A stretch of DNA of 64,000 bases from Ostrea edulis (taxonomy: Eukaryota). Position 1 is the stretch's first letter; each line of letters opens with the position of its first letter. Below the pieces are notes generated by a model, which did not search any database, was not told the DNA's origin, and was given only the letters and a program-made list of their open reading frames with translations. Of the stretch, positions 23,949 to 36,800 are shown one piece after another. The DNA lies in contig NC_079165.1 of assembly GCF_947568905.1 (NCBI RefSeq), positions 5,518,001-5,582,000 on the forward strand. The letters are read 5' to 3'. A program made the position numbers and the translations under genes.

Positions 23949-24651
23949 ATTGAAAACGGTGTTGAAAAATCATTGTTACGAGTTTCTAATCTTATATCGA
24001 GAGAATAAACTCACAAGGTAAAAATGTATGTCTGTTTATATTACTTTTAGCTGAAGACTTTTCAAAATTAATTTCTTTAAAGGGGGGGGGGGGTAAATAA
24101 CAGACAAAATCTACGATGCTAATTTTCATTTATTCATTTAATGTTTATCTATTAGGATAATTTAACAACTGATTAAGAAGAGATGCAATGTGATAAATTT
24201 CAAGTCACGTACTGCTTTACGCCAGGAACTCATCCTCGATGTCACATAAGCTATTTTAAGCCATAGCACATCACAACACAATTCAGCTCTGAGCTAATTT
24301 AGATTCATCATGTCAGTATAAAACAAACTGTCCAGACTGTAAATTCAAATAATCGATGATTACATGGTGTCTAACATTTATACCACGTTGTTATGTTTTT
24401 TTTTAAAGAAATACGGACATGATTATGTGGTCAATCATCACAGCAAACAAGAAAATGTTTGAATTGTTTCGACGTTATTTATTGACTGATAACAAACACG
24501 CTCCACAGTTTGCATCAATGCTTCTCGTTGGCTCGGATATTCTACCCAGAAAACTAAGTACTATTTTAGAACGGCAAATATGCACTACATTACGATAATG
24601 ATATTTCGCGTTTGCACAAACATTTTTCAGGTCTGTTCATGAAAGATTAAG

Positions 24652-25130
24652 ATATCGAACAGTGATCAATCTCATAACTCCTATAAGCAATATAAAATAG
24701 AGAGTTGGGCCAACACAGCCCCTGGATATGCCAGAGGTGGGATCGGGTGCCTACTGTGAGCCCTAAATCTAGATCAGCTAGACGGAGTTTTCCTTAGTCA
24801 AAATTAGTGTACCAAGACCGGCCTAACAATCGGTATGTAACACGTCAGACAGCATTTGACCCAATGATACATGTAGGTTGTATTGGCAAACTAGATCGTT
24901 ATAACGACCATAGAATTTGCGAAATGCTGACTTAAAACGGACTGTTGACATCCCTGCACCATCAACTTGTTTGTCAGTAGCCTGCTTCGATTTAAAAACT
25001 GACCATACGCAGAACAAGCTCTTGCGTATCGAAACAGTTGATAATGGAATATAGCTACATACATATGAGAAGTACAAGATGGAGAATCTGAAATCACCCC
25101 GTTTGTTATAAAGTTGAGTTGTTAATTTAC
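24652..25130 (-). mobile_element. Penelope-like element RT C-terminus + 3' end
   Basis: QLFRYARACSAYGQFLNRSRLLTNKLMVQG..KSAFRKFYGRYNDLVCQY...MLSDVLHTDC*. Confidence 0.85.
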
Positions 25131-25136
25131 CTTTAA

Positions 25137-25668
25137 AGGGACATGGACACGATTTAAGCTGAACATTTTCAAATTTTATTTTTTGGTTTTTAATGTTTAG
25201 AATGCTTAACTTGGGTATTACTAATGATCAGCAAAAATTTGAATCTCAGTAGTCAAGGTACATGGGAGGTACAGAGGTCACAAGTTCTTGTTATGTAAAC
25301 AAGGCTCGTGCTATGTTATTGTTTACATAGGTTAAATAATATAAACTAGTAAACGTTTTGTTTAAGCATATATTTTTTTAATTTGTAAGTGAATTCTTAA
25401 CACAATTAAATATTTTCTAGTGTTTGGCACATTTCATTTTATTTTAAACACGCTATTTTCTATTAAACAGTTTAATGTCAACAAAAACATGGGACGAGCC
25501 TTGTTTACATAACAAGGAATTGAAAATGCTGCATCACACTTATAATTCAACAGCTGATATTAAAATTTTGGGAAACCATTAAAAAATACTTTAATTAAGC
25601 ATTGTAAACAATAAAAAATGAAAAAATAAAATATTAACATTTGCAGCTAAAATTGTGTCCATGCCCCT
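25137..25668. mobile_element. Non-autonomous Kolobok-like DNA transposon (TTAA target site duplication)
   Basis: TTAA|agggacatggacacgattt ... aaattgtgtccatgcccct|TTAA, a 19-bp TIR with 2 mismatches. Confidence 0.8.
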
Positions 25669-26618
25669 TTAATATCTACTTTCAAAAATATCTAAGCATG
25701 AAACAGAAGTGATAGCCAAGGCACCTGATCCCACTCCTGGTATATCCAGCGGTCCGTGTTTGCCCAACTCTCTATTTTGTATTGCTGATAGGGGTTATGA
25801 GATTGATCGCTGCTCGTTATCGTCGCCTTTAACATAGCAATGTGCAATCCCATAGCCTGAAACATTCCAATACCTCTGCGTGAAATGTTAAAATTTAACG
25901 TCGGCCACAGCTGCAAGAAACTCATGCAGTCTTATAGAATTTTATCTATTCCATTGTCACTAATGAATGCCACTGCCGAAAGAAATTGATGCGTAAAATG
26001 TGCAATCCTATGAGTTCAATTTATTCCATTGCTATAAAGTAAGTAAAGGTAGACTTAACTTATACTGAATTAAGCCTTCTTTTTAAAAAAAAAAAAACCC
26101 GTGCAATATCCATTCCATATTGTCACAAAATATTTAGAATGATTACGGCTACTACCGGATGAAATGTATACTAAACTGGATATATCACTGAGCAATCCTA
26201 TAGGCTTAAACCTATTCCATTGCCTCAACGTGAAATACTTAAAATCAACATCGGCCTCTGCCGCGAAAAATTCGTGCAATCCTATAGACTTGAATCTATT
26301 CCATTGCCACAAATATAAGTTATCACGCCCACCGCCAAATGAAATATTTATGCATAAAAATGTGCAAACCTAGAGGCTTAACCTATTGATTCCCAAGTAT
26401 AGGTTTACTCATCTACAGAGATACACGTACTTATCAGCAATAAATTATCACGGACAACCCGCGGTACACAACCTATCGTGAGAGCAGCCAAACAACGAAT
26501 GTGAGGAATTTTACTAATCTCGTCACTTCTCGCGAAATCTCAATTAAGATACAGACATGGCACATGGTCTTGAAACATCAATGACGATATTTTGAACGTG
26601 TAGAAAATTCATAATTAT

Positions 26619-26977
26619 GGCGTCGGTGGCCGAGTGGTTAGGCCGTCAGACTCTCGACCGAAAGGTCGTGGGTTCGAGTCTTGGCCGCGGCAGGGCTGAC
26701 GTTGTGTCCTTGGGAAAGGCACTTTACATGAATTTCCTCACTCCACCCAAGTGTAAAAGGGGTACCTGGCTATAGACAGTGAAAGATATTGTTACAATGT
26801 TAGTGCTCTAGCGCTTGCATTGGCAACTTGCACTGTATGCTTCCAAGGAGACTGAGAAAGTTCTAGATTGATATAAGGTCTGCCGGGGTAATAATGTACA
26901 TTGATTATTGTAAAGCGCTTTGAGCAGCATACGATGGAAAAGGCGCTATATAAAACCAATCATTATTATTATTATTA
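26619..26977 (+). mobile_element. tRNA-derived SINE with CORE/Meta-like body and L2/CR1-type tail; absent from duplication copy B
   Basis: A box tggccgagtgg, B box ggttcgagtc, body tgtgtccttgggaaaggcacttt...ccacccaagtgtaaaaggggtacc, tail gtaaagcgctttgag...ggcgctatataaa...(att)n. The empty site ataattatgcttgaaaac is at about 35347. Confidence 0.9.
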
Positions 26978-29900
26978 TTGAAAACTGCTCACCGTAAACC
27001 ATCACCTGACTGTTAAATACAGGTAAAATTCCCTTTTAGGTACTAACTATCAAAACGAGCCAGTATCAATCAAGATAATTTCTTGTGATTTTAATTAAAA
27101 GATAAAGAATACATAAGGGTTATGATTAGTTAAACAGAAACCACCAAGAGTTTTTAAAAGTACTCGTTTGAATCACTCGATTTGAACCCTCGCTTCGCTC
27201 GGCGCCAAATCACTTGGTACTCGAGAAAAGTTTATTAACATATACTTACAAATCACTCACTCTCGATCGTTGTCAGAATACTTTCCTTAGGGTTTAATCC
27301 AATTAAAATCAGTCACGTCAGCAACACTTGCAACAGACATGATGAAATACTCCTAACAGCGCCTAAGCCAGCAGTGCGAAGTGGAACGTGAGACGCGACA
27401 GTTACATTGTTATATTGCAATAGAAGGTAAGGCGCGTGACACGTATACACAGAATCCTACCAAGATCCCATACTAATTTGTGTGGAAATACGAAATTAAT
27501 TGTTGAATTTAAGTGCCTATGCTGAATATTTACAATTTCAAATGAAATTTAATTTTCATGAACTGGACTAAAGGTAACTCAGTGAATAGCTTTATACTCA
27601 AATTGTTTATGGGCGGATCCCACCATTATGGACATATTTTATTTATATGATGGTTATCGCGCAAAATCGTGGACAAGTGATGTAAATTTAAAAATAATCA
27701 ACTCTCCGTTATGTTATTTTTATTACTCTTTAGCACAATATTATTCAATATACATAGCAAATTTCAACTAAGTATCTATGCTCAAATAAGACTGAAATGG
27801 CGCTTCATGTTATTTGTGGAGTCGCCTTTCTGCACCGATGATGACGTCAAAGTATATTTTGCGATATGCCAAGAAATGTTGAGTCAACCCAGTATGATCG
27901 AGATAATTTACTGATGCACGCACTCGAACTTTCAGGCAAGAGACATCTCGCATACAAACGTGATGATCTGATGTTTTGCGGGAGTATTGTATGGACGGTA
28001 ATCTGACCACATCTAACTAAACAGACAGTCTCACAGTGTTTCGACAGGCTGTAGTGTTAGAGTCTTTTAATGCTGCCAGTAGTCGTTTGTCGGGATATTT
28101 TGGCCTACCACGGGACTCAATACCACAATTTACTCTTCAAAGTCGTCTACATGTATGTCGATTGTGTACTAAAGATTTAGTGACGTTCCGATACTTTTCC
28201 GTCATCTTAAAAATATATAGAAGCGTCATTTCTAAATCTACGCAATACTGAATTTCTCTCCAGTGCGCCGTGATATCCGTCTGCACTGTTTATGATTATT
28301 GAATTGCATATGGTCGGGAAACTGCTAAAATTGACGCAAATGGCTTGAAATTTTCAAAATGCCACCGTACGACATAAGATGTGCTAATTTTTACCGCAAC
28401 TTCTTTTATTGGATTCTTTTTATATTAGAAAATTACTTGCGTATTTCCCATTGAACCCCGTATTTTTGTTCGTGTGCGATAGGACTATATTGTTTGAGAA
28501 ACAGCGTCAAGCTGTACTTAAATATGATAAATAAACACTTACTGAAAATTTCAGATTAATGCGTGTTTTCAAAATTCTATCAATTTACAATGGAAAAGAA
28601 GGAAGATTGTTTCTTAATAAAATTATATACATGTTTTAGAATATGTGATTTGAATTAAGAAAGTAATTAGATTAGTAATACCAGTGTCTCAATTGACATT
28701 TTGTACAGACGAAAAGTTAGATTGGTTGATATCTACATTTAATTTCGTATTTTGTCAAATGCTGTCTGACGTGTTTCATAACAATAGTTAGGTCGTTCTT
28801 TACACCGATTTTAATTCATATTATCCCTTTTTCCTATCGATATACAGCGCTCAAGGTCGATGTGACTGGTCGACAAGGAGATGGTTGTTCCTCCCAGGCA
28901 TCTGATCCCACCTCTGGTATATGCAGTGGCGCTTGTATGCTGAAGTCCTAATTTTGTATTCCTTATAGGAGTCAGGAGATTGGTCATTATTCGTTATCTT
29001 TATCATTTAGAGATACCGAAAATTTGGTGAAGGCGCAATTACTAATACCTATGTTTATATCTTAGATTTGACACGGTCATGGCACAAGTGGGACACGAAC
29101 TCGTGGCCTAAAGGTTATGAAACGACCGATCTACCACCGAGCTACGGAGTACACACTTTTTTCAATCAAGAGTTCTTCATCCCATTCGTCCCCTTCATTT
29201 TGCCGAGAAGGTGGTCTGCGCTAGAACTGATCGCCTTTACAAGGACCAGCCGTGTCTTTTCAATTTAAAATGGCTTTTGTGCCCTTGGTAGGTTTGCAGA
29301 CGATTTCTTTACAAATACATAGAGAGCACATGGCGGGTGTGACCGGTCGACAGGGGATGCTTACTCCTGGTATATCCAGCGTTCCGTGTTTGCCCAACTA
29401 TCTATTTTGTATTGTTTATAGGAGTTATGAGATTGATCACTGTTCGTTATCTTCGTCTTTTAGAAGCTGAAACTAAGGGAACGATTGGAACTTTTTTCTC
29501 GTTCGACAAATCCAAATCAAGACCAAACTCTTACGTCTACATTTAGGAAGAGTGCAATCCTCCCCGCTGCATGTAATTGTGACGATAACGAACCGTGATC
29601 AATCCAACAGTTACTATAATGAATAGAAAATTAAGAGAATTGTAATTTGATTCTATTCAAAACTTGTTGAAGTAAAGAGTGTCTAAGATTTCCAGGAACT
29701 AACTCGTGATGAATTTTAAGCATGGTATTTCATTTGCCAGATATCCCTCTCTAACCTGTCTCTAGACACATGTACATTGAATCCCAGGATGATAATCTTA
29801 GTAGGGGTCATCCGTTATTGCATAAAAATAGAACGGTGTCATTTTTTTTCAACATATTACTAGCATAATGGCCACTCACTATAAACTTTAGAATATATTT

Positions 29901-30979
29901 AGGTAGTAGTCTAAAAAAAATTGATATACACTATTAGATGGTGCATTTCTATAAATGCTGAATTTTAACTTGTTTTTTTTAAGACCCAATCTTTGTAAAG
30001 ATGTTTAACTATGACATTAATGTATTCAGATCAGCGGACTAAAATATTTTAAGTAAACCTAACATAGAATGATCATCGAAAAAGCCCCAACAATAGCATT
30101 ATCAACATGACATGTATATGACAATTGTTACAAAGGAGGCACAAATGCAACCGTGAATATAAAAAAGAATGGACTAAAATATTTTGATGTGTGAATCGAA
30201 TCTGAATTTTAATTACATACCACAGAAATTTTTTGTAACGCATTACCATTCTAAGTCTTAGGAGAGGGACTTGTAAGTTATTAGAACTTGTTCCAAATCC
30301 TTTTGATTTGATCAAAAGAATATGTTAAAGAAACAATCTTATTAAGTCATATTAGTTTGCAAATGCATTATGCTACATGGTTCTCTTTTTTGACATACCA
30401 TTTGCTAGGTTGATTTTTTAGGTTGATTTTGACTATGGGTTACTCCGTCTACTTTACTCACGGCAGATGTGACCGGTCGACAGGGGGTGTTTACTCCTCC
30501 TAGGCAACTGATCCCACCTCTGGTATATCCAGGTGTCCGTGTTTGTCCAATTTGTATTTTGAATTGCTTATTGATCTCTGTTCGTCATCTTCAACTTTCA
30601 TTTAAGTGCGTGTGTCAATTTTCAATCGTTTTGGGGATCCTGTTGCTAATGTGCGCTATATCGTATCATAGCTTCTGATGATGAAAATATGGTAAAATGA
30701 CTCGACGACGATGGTACAATGGCGGTACCAAAACATCTAGGTTGCCCACAATTTACAATAAATATTATTCTCAAACTTTTCTACTTCATGTACTTTTAAG
30801 CGTATGACAACATCACGATTCTATAATTCCTTACGTTTATATTTTTCTATTTTAAATACGTGTATATTCCTTTTCAAAGTATATTTTGAATTTAAAGGCC
30901 ATAAAATAAAAAAAAACTTATGTTCGCTTGGATTTATCATAAATCATTTCAAGTGTTAAAGGTAGACATAAAAATTTTC

Positions 30980-31220
30980 TTGTTTGTTTCGATGTTTTCT
31001 GCCACACTCAACAATTTTTCAGTTATATGGTGGCGCTCAGTTTTTATTGGTGGAAGAGATAACCCAGATACAATGTATCTGGGAAGAGACTACCGACGTT
31101 CCGAAAGTAAACTGGGAAACTTTCTCACTTACCGGCGCGAGCGGGATTGGAACCCGCGCCGACAAAGGTGAGAGGCCGTGTGATTTTGAGCACAATGCTC
31201 TAACCACTCGGCCACGGAGG
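30980..31220 (-). mobile_element. tRNA-derived SINE; absent from copy B
   Basis: Minus strand cctccgtggccgagtggttagagc...gggttccaatccc..., tail ccaccaataaaaactg...(aaac)n. Confidence 0.85.
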
Positions 31221-32240
31221 TAAAATTTAGAAATTCATTTCAAAATTAAGGATTATCTCCCTCATGCATAGCTTTTATCCTAAAACGAATTTGACTCTAC
31301 TTGTTTGGCACTCTGTTTTTTTCCCCTAATATGTATACGGTGTGACCGTTGGACCGAGCGAAGCATGTACGTAACTCCGTGTCCCGAGTGGTAATCATAA
31401 TTCCGTTAAGTACGGTAGATTATGATTCATTTATAAATATATATTTTGAATGAAATTTCCTTGCGCTAAACACCCAGTAACATCTCAATATTAAAGGAGT
31501 TTATATGGGGACAACAGTTTTACATGATCCGCCTATACATTGAACGTGGGAAATAAAACGCAAGGCGACGTAAACTGTGCATTGTGACGTCACATTTAGC
31601 CTCGACTTTTTTCTCTTTTTCAAAGCAAACAATTATAAACAACAATAATACATTCTGTATGCAATGAAAAAGGCCGTTAAAACTAAACAAAAGTAACCAA
31701 TAAATTCAAAATGGTAAAAAGGTAACCGTAATTTTATCGTATATTCTTATTCAAAGAAACTTATGAATTCGTTCATCTATTTAGTCGTATTACGGTTTTA
31801 TATGTATTTATTTGCTCAAAACTGTTACAATGATAATTATACTATTCAATTTGAACAAACTGAGTATTTAAATTACGAATTGCACGTTAGAGTCTTCTAT
31901 TATTGGCATTCAAAATAAAACACGAATAACTGTTGAAACAGGTAATGAAACAATAAATGGCGGCGCCCATATGGATCACGAAAATTTCAGGGAACGTATA
32001 TAGAGATTATCTCTTTTTCGTTTGCTGATTTTGACTTTTTTCTTTTACATACGTGTTACCTTTAGAGTCTTGCTTAGCGGACGGGCCTTCGGCCCGTTCG
32101 AGCTTCGCCCGGTATAATAACTCTAGCAAGTTTATTGTTATTTCGGATTTCAAACATTTCGGTTGAGCATCACTGAAGAGACATTACTTGTCGAAATGCA
32201 CATCTTGTGCATCACAATTGGTACCGTATAAGTTTTACAT
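31221..32240. mobile_element. Abundant short repeat (another copy at about 42830-42982) interrupted by a ~790-bp element with a GC-rich terminal hairpin; absent from copy B
   Basis: The flanks aattaaggattatctccctcatgc... and ...ttatttcggatttcaaacatttcggttgagcatcactgaagagac match the 42830-42982 family. The insert ends in acgggccttcggcccgt...gcttcgcccggtata. Confidence 0.65.
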
Positions 32241-32276
32241 ATATTCAATTCCATTCATATAATTGTAGATCCGAGA

Positions 32277-33140
32277 ATGAACATTACGATCTACATCCTG
32301 CTCTTGGCAGTTGCTGCAGCATCATCTATTTCTGGACAAAGTCCTAGAGTGGTACGACTCTTCTTTAATGTTATCAGTTGAGATTTAAAGTTGAGTTTGC
32401 AGTCAGTGAGGTAGGATATCGGTAACTTTTAAATTGTCTGTGTAAGTCGGATGACCAAATGTGATATGTTTTTGGTCGTCACGTGTGTCCATTGACTACT
32501 GACGAACACGTTGATGGTGATGGGATTTCAACAATCTCGGTTAAAGTAAGTATTTTGTCAATTTTATGGTGGTTATAATGATCTACTTTGCCAAAACAAC
32601 TTATCGTTGGTTCAAATGCTGTCAGACTTATTTCATACCGATTGTAACGCAGTTTCTAGAACACTGATTTTGACTACGAATAACTCCATTTACCTGATCA
32701 AGATATAGGGCTCAAGGCGGGTGGCACATGTCGATAAAGGGTTCTTATTTCCCCTAGGCACCTAATCCCACCTCTGGTATATTCAGGAGTCCGTGTTTGC
32801 CTTACTCCATATTCTGAATTCCTTATATGAGTTATGATATTGATCACTGTACATTATCTTCGTCTTTGTTTTAATATTTCATTACCCTTCTTTTTCGGAT
32901 TAATTATAGACACCAAAAAATGAAGGACAAAATAACGCCTCTTGCGTTCGAGGCACGTGTAGCTGCAGCGAAAGCTGTTTAACATGGAACATTGTGGAGC
33001 AATTGTTCACAGAAAAGTCGAAACGAGTAGAAATGGAGAATACAATTAAAGATATGAAATCAGCTATTTCGGCGCTAGAAACCCAGATGTCAACAGGTAT
33101 GTGTATATCATTAAGAGTATATACATGTATATATATATAT

Positions 33141-33196
<56 letters not shown>

Positions 33197-33867
33197 TAGT
33201 ATTCATTCACATACATTCTTTAATGATATCTATTTAATCCCTGTCTTTCTAAACCATTAGTCATATCTCGTGCTTTTATATTTTGTTTTAGAAAAAAAAG
33301 TTCAGATGTAAGTATTTTGGTACTTCAATTCATGTCTTCGTGTAAGTTTTGATTACAATCCACTTCAGAAATTATTTTTTAGTTGAAGAAAATGATGAAA
33401 TGGTGTTTATTTTTCATCGTATTTTATCATAATAAGATTTTCTCAAGGAATACATAATCAAGATCAATCGTACACAAATTCTAGGAAACAAAATTAAAGA
33501 AAAGGAAGCGTTATCTGTATCTCAACTCTAAAACATCGTATGATTTCTACTAAAAGAATTCTCAATTTCATCTAACCTATTGTTAGAATCAATGATTAAT
33601 CTTCGTTCAAATAACCTAATAGGTGAAGCAGGACAACTGGGAAAACACGTAAAACCTGCTCCAAGTTGGCCATTAAGTCAGACGATTACCTTTAAAACAG
33701 CATTTCAAGAGAAGCCTATTGTAACCTATGGTCTGTATTTACTCGATGCCGCCTACACAGCAAATCTCCGTGTTTTCACAGAGGCAACAAACGTCACCAA
33801 TACTGGATTTCAGGTCAAACTGAACACCTGGGCGGACAGAACGATGTTCGGTGCCAGAGTCAGCTGA
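32277..33867 (+). pseudogene. Secreted H-type lectin paralog 2 (copy A), probably disabled. Exons 32277-32351, 32910-33096, 33292-33307, 33623-33867
   Basis: MNITIYILLLAVAAASSISGQSPRV | TPKNEGQNNASCVRGTCSCSESCLTW...ETQMST. The micro-exon is 16 nt (A8 run; frameshift). The lectin exon ends at TGA where copy B has TGG (loss of WMACGR). Confidence 0.8.
33121..33190. repeat. (TA)n microsatellite in the lectin-2 intron; absent from copy B
   Basis: Direct inspection. Confidence 0.9.
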
Positions 33868-36800
33868 ATGGCGTGTGGAAGATAGACAGAGTCAGCTGTA
33901 TGACGTGTGGAAGTTTTATAAACGTATTAGAAAAAGCATTGTAACACGTCATGTACATATATACTAAAATAAAAGTGCATTACATTCTTTTCATATGTAT
34001 ACTTTGAATTCAATTAAAACACGTCTAGGTTATTATTTTCAGGATTATAAACAATGAAGGCAAAATGTCAAATGTGAAGATAATAAAGTGATCAGTCTGA
34101 TAAATCTCATAAAAATACAAAATCAAGAGCAAGGCAAGCACGACGTGTTGGTACGCCAGAAGAGGGACCAGCTGCTTAGGCGGAGTATCCCTTGTTGACT
34201 GGTCACAACCGCCACGATCCCTATACCTTAATCAGATATATGGTGCAATTTTAAGTAAAATCAGTATAAGTTCTAAATTATAACCATTTATTTTGCCTAT
34301 ACAACCTATCATTGGGTCATATACTGTCTGGCGTGTTTTATATCGATTGTTGGGCCGTTCTTGGCTCACTAATTGTGACTATGGACAAGTATGTTTACGT
34401 GATCAAGATATAAGGCTCACGGCGGGTGTTACTGGTAGACAAGGGGATGCTTACTTATCCTAGGCACCTGATACAACCTCTGGTATATCCAGGGGTCCGT
34501 GTTTGCCCAACTCTCTATTTTGTATTGTTTATAGGGGCTATGAGATTGATCACTGTTCGTTATCGTCGCCTTTCACATAACAATGTGCAATCCCATAGGC
34601 TGAAACCTATTCCAATACCTCTACGTGAAATGTTAACGTCGGATATAGCTGCAAGAAACTCGTGCAGTCTTATAGACTTTCATTTATTCCATTGTTGCTA
34701 ATGAAGGTCACTGCCGAAAGAAATTGATGCGTAAAATGTGCAATCCTATGAGCTCAACTTATTGCATTGCTATAAAGTAAGTTAAGGTAGACTTAACTTA
34801 TAATGAATTAAACCACTGCCTTCTTTTTTTTTAAACCCGTGCAAAATCCATTCCATATTGTCACAAAATATTTAGAATGATTACGGCTACTGCCGGATAA
34901 AATGTGTGCTGATATGGATATATCACTGAGCAATCCTATAGGCTGAAACCTCCATTGCCTCACATGAAATATTCAAAATTAACATCGGCCACTGCCGCGA
35001 TAAATTCGTCCAATCCTATAGACTTGAATCTATTCCATTGCAACAAATATAAGTTATCACGGCCACCGCCGAATGATATATTAATGCATGAAAATGTGCA
35101 ATCCTATAGGCTTAACCAATTCCATTGCCAAGTAAAGACTTTCTCATCTACAGAGCTACATGTACTCTCCAGCAATAAATTATCATGAACAACCCGCGGT
35201 ACACAACCTATCGTGAGAGCAGCCTAACAACCGATTTGAGGATTTATACTAATCATGTCACTTATCGCGAAATCTCACTTAAGATACAGACATGCCACAT
35301 GGTCTTGAAACACCAATGAAGATTTTTTGAATGTGTAGAAAATTCATAATTATGCTTGAAAACTACTCACCGTAGACTATCATCTGATTGTTGAATGTAG
35401 TTGAAATCCCCTTGCAGGTACTAATTATCAAAACCTGCCATTATAGAGTTGCATCAATCAAGATAATTTTTTATGATTTTAATTAAAGGATAAAAATACC
35501 AAAGGTTAATGATAAGTTAAACAGAAACCCTGAGGAGTTTAAGTACTCGTGTGAAACTACTGAGTATGCCATTCAATTTGGTCCCTCGCTTCGCTTGACA
35601 CCAAATCTCTTGATTCTCGACAACTGTTTACCAGAATATTCTTAAAAAATCATTCACTGTCGGTCCTAATTGATGAATTATCAACTGAATACTTTCCTAA
35701 GGGTTTTAGTCCACCTAAAATCAGTCACGTCAGTGACACGTGCAACAAACGTTATAAAATACTCCTAACAGCGCCTAAGCCAGCAGTGCGGAGTGGAACG
35801 TGGGACGCGACAGTTACTTTGCTATATTGCAATAGAAGGTAAGGCGCATGGCATGTGTATGCAGAATGGCATACAAAACTAATTCCTGAATTTAAGTGCC
35901 TCTGCTGAATATTTACAATTTCTAATGAAAATCATTTTCATGAACTGGACTTAAGGTAACTCCGTGAATAGCTTTATATTCAAATTATCTATGGGCGGAA
36001 CACAGCAATATGGACCTATTTATTGATATGAGGGTTATCCCGCAAACTCTTGAACAAGAGATGCAGAGTTAAAAATAATCAACTCTGCGTTATGTTATTT
36101 TTACTCCTCTTTAGTACATTATTATTCAATATACGTAGCAAATTTCAACTAAGTATCTATGCTAAAATAAGACTGAAATGGTGCTTCATGTTATTTGTGC
36201 AGTCGCCTTTCAGCACCGATGATGACGTCAAAGTATATTTTGCGATATGCCAAGAAAAGTTGGGTCAACCCAGTATGATCACGATTATTTACTGATGCAG
36301 GCACTCGAACTATAAGGCAAGAGACATCTCGCATACAAACGTGATAATCTGACGTTTTGCGAGAGTATGATATGGATGGTAATCTGACCACATCTAACCA
36401 AACAGACAGTCTCGGTGTTTCGACAGGCTGTAGTGTTAGAGTCTTTTATTGCTGCCAGTAACCGTTTGTCGATATATCTTGGCCTACCACGAGACTCGGT
36501 ACCAAAATGTCTTTTTCAAAATCGTTTATGTCTGTTGTGTACTAAAGATTTAGTGTTGTTTGGATACTTTTCCGTCGTCGTAAAAATATCTAGAAGTGTC
36601 ATTCCCAAATCTACGCAATACTGAATTTCTCTCCAGTACGCCATAACATGAAACGTCTCTATCCGTCTGCCCTGTTTATCATTATTGAATGGCATATGGT
36701 CGAGAAACTGCTAAAATTGATGCAAATGGCTTGAAATTTTCAAAATGACACCGTACGACATAAGATATGCTAATTTTTACCGCAACTTCTTTTATTGGAT

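Larger units (their letters stand above)
25725..34266 (+). repeat. Tandem segmental duplication, copy A
   Basis: Collinear with 34460-41667 throughout (e.g. aatgtgcaatccca, cagcgcctaagccagcagtgcg, accgatgatgacgtcaaag, lectin exons, agggaccagctgcttaggcggag). Confidence 0.95.

Noticed and set aside
26619-26692. tRNA gene
   Set aside because: The acceptor and anticodon stems are imperfect, and the sequence continues into a SINE body and LINE-type tail. It is absent from the duplicate copy.
27711-28251. GT31 galactosyltransferase-like TDDDV motif and ORFs shared by both duplicates
   Set aside because: There is only one short motif, and all frames contain stops. The shared ORFs simply reflect the duplication. 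It may be a decayed gene or TE, but I cannot assign it.
33865-33867. In-frame TGA as selenocysteine or programmed readthrough
   Set aside because: The position is Trp (TGG) in both paralogs, not Cys, and no SECIS-like element is evident. A nonsense mutation is simpler.
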